Assembly: GCA_903904655.1 (NCBI GenBank)
Contig: CAIVDK010000419.1
Location: 1 to 43,755 of the forward strand
Origin: an uncultured delta proteobacterium
Lineage (GTDB): Bacteria; Desulfobacterota; Syntrophia; Syntrophales; Smithellaceae
Direction of reading: 5' to 3'
DNA: 43,755 nt
Shown: piece by piece, positions 40,398-43,755 of the stretch
Layout: each line of letters begins with the position of its first letter
How positions within the stretch are numbered: position 1 is the stretch's first letter
Position numbers and translations under genes: made by a program
The notes under the pieces: generated by a model
The model's database searches: none
What the model was told of the DNA's origin: nothing
What the model saw: only the letters and a program-made list of their open reading frames with translations

Positions 40398-41369
40398 ATG
40401 CAGAGAAACTGGTCGAGTTTGATTCGTCCCAAACGTGTTGACGTTGATGAAGCAACGCATACACGGTTCTATGGAGAATTTACAATTCAGCCTCTGGAAA
40501 GAGGATTTGGAGTAACGCTGGGCAACGCGTTAAGAAGGGTGCTTTTGTCTTCCATTCAGGGTGCGGCGATTACTTCCATAAAAATTGACGGTGTCTTACA
40601 TGAATTTTCTACGATTCCTGGAATCAAGGAAGACGTCACAGATGTTATTTTGAATCTGAAGGGTGTTCGCTTTAAACTGGGGGTGGCGGATACAAAAGTC
40701 GTGAGATTTAATGTGATCAGCGCCGGAGTCGTTACAGCAGGCGACATCGTTACGGATGGAACGATTGAGGTTTTAAATGCCGATCATTACATCGCCACCA
40801 TGTCCGGCGGCGGTGCATTTAGCGCGGAAATGGTCGTGAAGATGGGCAAAGGATATACGGCCGCGAGGAAGGAATTGGAATCCGATCAGCCGGAGGGGAC
40901 TATTAATATAGACGCAATTTTTTCACCGATCAAAAAAGTGAACTACGTGGTGTCTCACGCCCGCGTCGGCCAAATCACGGATTATGACAAATTGGTAATG
41001 GAAGTCTGGACGGACGGTAGTTTGAATCCGGGCGATGCCATCGCTTATGCAGCAAAAATATTAAAACAGCAATTGGATGTATTCATTAATTTCGAAGAAG
41101 TTGACGAAGAGATTTTGCCGGAAAAGGAAGATGAAAAAGGAAATGTTAACGAAATTCTGACGAGGTCCGTTGAAGATCTGGAACTTTCCGTTCGTTCAGC
41201 CAATTGCCTGAAAAATGCGGGGATAAATACGATTGGCGAATTGGTGCAGAAGACAGAAGCGGATATGCTTAAAACAAAGAATTTCGGCCGCAAGTCACTC
41301 TCCGAAATAAAGGATATCCTGAACGAATATGGTCTTGTTTTTGGTATGAAGCTGGATATCAATCCGTAA
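40398..41369 (+). CDS. rpoA: RNA polymerase alpha subunit
   Basis: [39 protein letters not shown]. Confidence 0.98.
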   Translation: MQRNWSSLIRPKRVDVDEATHTRFYGEFTIQPLERGFGVTLGNALRRVLLSSIQGAAITSIKIDGVLHEFSTIPGIKEDVTDVILNLKGVRFKLGVADTKVVRFNVISAGVVTAGDIVTDGTIEVLNADHYIATMSGGGAFSAEMVVKMGKGYTAARKELESDQPEGTINIDAIFSPIKKVNYVVSHARVGQITDYDKLVMEVWTDGSLNPGDAIAYAAKILKQQLDVFINFEEVDEEILPEKEDEKGNVNEILTRSVEDLELSVRSANCLKNAGINTIGELVQKTEADMLKTKNFGRKSLSEIKDILNEYGLVFGMKLDINP

Positions 41370-41457
41370 AAGACAGCAACATGAATCAAGTGGCATGGCG
41401 CAAAACACGATTTGATTAATCATCAGGATTTGACAGTCAGGAAAGGAAAATTTAGCA

Positions 41458-41871
41458 ATGTATCATGGTAAGGCGGGCAGAAAATTAGGACGAACGTCCA
41501 GCCATCGGGAAGCCATGTTTCGCAATATGGTGACATCGATTATAAAACATGAAAGTATTCGGACGACGGATACAATGGCCAAGGAAGTACGTAAGCTGGC
41601 GGATAAGATGATCACGCTGGGCAAAAAAGGCGACCTCCACGCGCGGCGTCAGGCGTTATCGATTATCCGGGATAAAGACATGGTCGGCAAACTTTTCGGG
41701 GAATTGACCGAACGATTCCGTAATCGGGCTGGCGGTTATACACGCATTGTCAAGGTTGGATACCGTTTCGGTGATAACGCACCTGTTTCCATTCTGGAGT
41801 ATCTTCCTGATGAGAAAAAGAAAGAAAAAGCAAAGCCGAAGGCAAAAGCAAAAGTAAAAATGGCTGAATAA
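41458..41871 (+). CDS. rplQ: 50S ribosomal protein L17
   Basis: [30 protein letters not shown]. Confidence 0.97.
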   Translation: MYHGKAGRKLGRTSSHREAMFRNMVTSIIKHESIRTTDTMAKEVRKLADKMITLGKKGDLHARRQALSIIRDKDMVGKLFGELTERFRNRAGGYTRIVKVGYRFGDNAPVSILEYLPDEKKKEKAKPKAKAKVKMAE

Positions 41872-41886
41872 CAAATAATATTAAAC

Positions 41887-41920
41887 AAAAAAAGGCAGGG
41901 TGAAAACCCTGCCTTTTTTT
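41887..41920 (+). terminator. Intrinsic terminator of the alpha operon (possibly bidirectional)
   Basis: AAAAAAAGGCAGGGT-GAAA-ACCCTGCCTTTTTTT, a perfect hairpin flanked by A and T tracts. Confidence 0.92.
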
Positions 41921-42069
41921 GTGATTGTTTTTTAAATATAAAAAATGTATTAACTCACAGAACATGAAGTTAGAATTAAGATTCAGTCAAATTGGCCGTA
42001 TGAGAGAAAGGTCATGATTTTCCTGAAAAATACCAATAAATATTCAACTTAGTGGAAGGAAGATTCGTT

Positions 42070-42330
42070 ATGGCAGAAAAAAAAATCGGCGAAGTGGTTA
42101 AATTCTTTGCGAAGCCTTCGGTTGCTGCTGTTCATCTAACGGAAGGTGAATTGAAGGTTGGTGACAGCATTAAATTTTCAGGCCACACCACTGAATTTAT
42201 AGATGTTGTTCAGTCGATGGAAGTGGATAATAACTCAGTGCAAAAAGCTGTTGCCGGTGATTCCATTGGCCTCAAGGTATCAGACCGTGTGCGACCCGGC
42301 GATGAAGTATTTATAGTTATGGCTGATTAG
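42070..42330 (+). CDS. Small beta-barrel protein resembling translation-factor domain II / peptidase-U32 C-terminal domain
   Basis: KIGEVVKFFAKPSVA, GELKVGDSI, VQSMEVD...AVAGDSIGLKV..RVRPGDEV parallel EF-Tu domain II (GIVKVGEEV...VTGVEM...AGD.VG...RG). Confidence 0.72.
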   Translation: MAEKKIGEVVKFFAKPSVAAVHLTEGELKVGDSIKFSGHTTEFIDVVQSMEVDNNSVQKAVAGDSIGLKVSDRVRPGDEVFIVMAD

Positions 42331-42422
42331 TTATCGGCTGGCATTATTGTTTTTGATGGAAGACAGCTCACAATGCCGTTGATGATAATATCTTCAAAAA
42401 TATTGTAATGTGGCTTGTGAAC

Positions 42423-43121
42423 ATGGCGAAAATACTGATAGTGGATGATGAACAGGATATTGTGGAACTCATATCCTACAATCTGGAGAAGGAAGGATTT
42501 ACCACGATCAAAGCTTATGACGGCGGAGACGTTCTCAAAATCGTTAAGACTCAAAAACCAGATCTTATTATCCTGGATCTAATGCTCCCCCACATGAACG
42601 GTCTGGACATCTGCAGAGCTATCCGCAGAGATTTCGAGACAGCGAGCTTGCCGATTATTATGCTTACGGCAAAAGCCGATGAGGTGGATAAGATTATTGG
42701 GTTGGAAATCGGTGCGGATGATTATATAACCAAACCCTTCAGTGTCAAGGAATTGGTGGCGCGAGTGCGGTCGATTTTCCGTCGTATTCAGGAAGGGAAC
42801 AAACAGGCGACCCAGGAAACATTGGAATTGAACGGGCTGGCCATCAACTATATATCCTGCGTAGTGCATGTGAACGGCAGGGCCGTCAATTTGAGTCCCA
42901 CTGAACTTAAACTTCTTTTCTTCCTGTCCCGCAATCCCGGCCGGGTTTATTCGAGAGACCAGATTCTGGATCATGTATGGGGCGATGGTACGTTCATCAC
43001 TGATCGCGCAGTGGATGTTCATGTCCGGAGGTTGCGCAGTCAGATTGAAAAGGATATGGAAGAACCGCGCTATATTTTAACTGTCCGCGGTTTTGGCTAT
43101 AAATTTGCTGAAGTCAAATAA
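42423..43121 (+). CDS. OmpR/PhoB-family DNA-binding response regulator
   Basis: ILIVDDE, LDLMLP (phospho-Asp), IMLTAK, GADDYITKPFS, winged helix RAVDVHVRRLR, TVRGFGY. Confidence 0.95.
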   Translation: MAKILIVDDEQDIVELISYNLEKEGFTTIKAYDGGDVLKIVKTQKPDLIILDLMLPHMNGLDICRAIRRDFETASLPIIMLTAKADEVDKIIGLEIGADDYITKPFSVKELVARVRSIFRRIQEGNKQATQETLELNGLAINYISCVVHVNGRAVNLSPTELKLLFFLSRNPGRVYSRDQILDHVWGDGTFITDRAVDVHVRRLRSQIEKDMEEPRYILTVRGFGYKFAEVK

Positions 43122-43245
43122 ATTCCATGTCCTTGGTGATGATACTAATGTGTTTTTCGATATGAAAATAAACATTAGTTCTTTATTCCTCCAATATGAG
43201 ATTATTGTTCAAAATTTCATATATTGATTACTGACGTGATATTAA

Positions 43246-43283
43246 TAAAAAACCCCGGGAGATTATACTCATCCCCGGGGGTT
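43246..43283 (-). terminator. Intrinsic terminator for the minus-strand beta-barrel gene
   Basis: Minus strand AACCCCCGGGGAT-GAGTATA-ATCTCCCGGGG-TTTTTT, about 35 nt past the stop codon. Confidence 0.75.
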
Positions 43284-43318
43284 GCAGTAAATTAGCACTT
43301 AAACAACATCCTTGTCGC

Positions 43319-43755
43319 TTAGAACGTCAGCGTCAACTTATTGATAACCAAGAAATCGTTGCTCAGTTCATTGGCATCTGAGGTACCTTTATAGTACTTA
43401 CCGGTGAAGAGGTAACCAGCGCCCAGCATATAGGACAGGTTATTGGTGATCTTGTATGTGGCGGTTAAATCAACTTCATAACCATAATCGTTGTTGATGA
43501 ATCCTGCCGGTTTCCTGTCTGCCTGCGCATAGGAAAGGGACGCCCTGATATCCAATTTGGAAATCGGTTTCAGGCCGCCTCTGGCTTGGAAGAAATAACC
43601 GTTAGCCATGGCGGTATCCTGAGCAGCCGCATTATAACCGGCCAAGCCACCTGCCCATTGAGTCCGTTCGTAGTTCCACATAATCAGGCAGGGGCTCCAG
43701 TCACGACCGCCACTGATGATTCCACCTTCGATTTTATCAGTGGTTCCGGGATCAT
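43319..43755 (-). CDS. Outer-membrane beta-barrel (porin-like) protein, 3' part only
   Basis: Frame stays open to the window edge (DPGTTDKIEGGIISGGRDWSPCLIMWNY...). Amphipathic strands GYEVDLTATYKITNNLSYMLGAGYL and C-terminal Phe (NKLTLTF) fit a BamA beta-signal. Confidence 0.72.
   Translation of the reverse strand, partial: DPGTTDKIEGGIISGGRDWSPCLIMWNYERTQWAGGLAGYNAAAQDTAMANGYFFQARGGLKPISKLDIRASLSYAQADRKPAGFINNDYGYEVDLTATYKITNNLSYMLGAGYLFTGKYYKGTSDANELSNDFLVINKLTLTF

Noticed and set aside
1-43755. CRISPR arrays, IS elements, prophage, rRNA, introns or inteins
   Set aside because: No regularly spaced repeats, transposase, integrase or phage ORFs, rRNA sequence or unexplained insertions were seen by eye.

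Overview
Bacterial chromosomal core region, by gene content and order most likely Desulfobacterota/Syntrophales (Smithella-like; inference). Left to right: a minus-strand MASE3-PAS-GGDEF diguanylate cyclase; a divergent operon rfaE1-DUF4416-yicC-gmk-rpoZ-pyrF-rlmB; an isolated pilC; tRNA-Pro(CGG); a cluster DUF1178 / cysteine synthase-CysRS fusion / AmrB (MEMO) / AmrA (AMMECR1); tRNAs Thr-Tyr-Gly-Thr, rpmG, tRNA-Trp, secE-nusG-rplKAJL-rpoBC; the str/S10/spc/alpha superoperon; a small EF-Tu domain II-like protein, an OmpR/PhoB-family regulator and the 3' end of an outer-membrane beta-barrel gene. No CRISPR array, rRNA or mobile element is visible. The best candidate for an undescribed system is the 8.5-12.7 kb cluster: a CysM-type PLP domain with a putative O-phosphoserine-binding lysine, fused to a CysRS whose catalytic motifs are remodelled but whose anticodon domain looks intact, closely linked to amrB and amrA with no radical SAM partner. 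Also notable: the only EF-Tu in the window has rare aminoacyl-pocket substitutions (E215G, N273D, E. coli numbering), no tuf sits at the tufB position, fusA is missing from the str operon and adk from the spc operon. Motif comparisons were made by eye against remembered consensus sequences; no database was searched.
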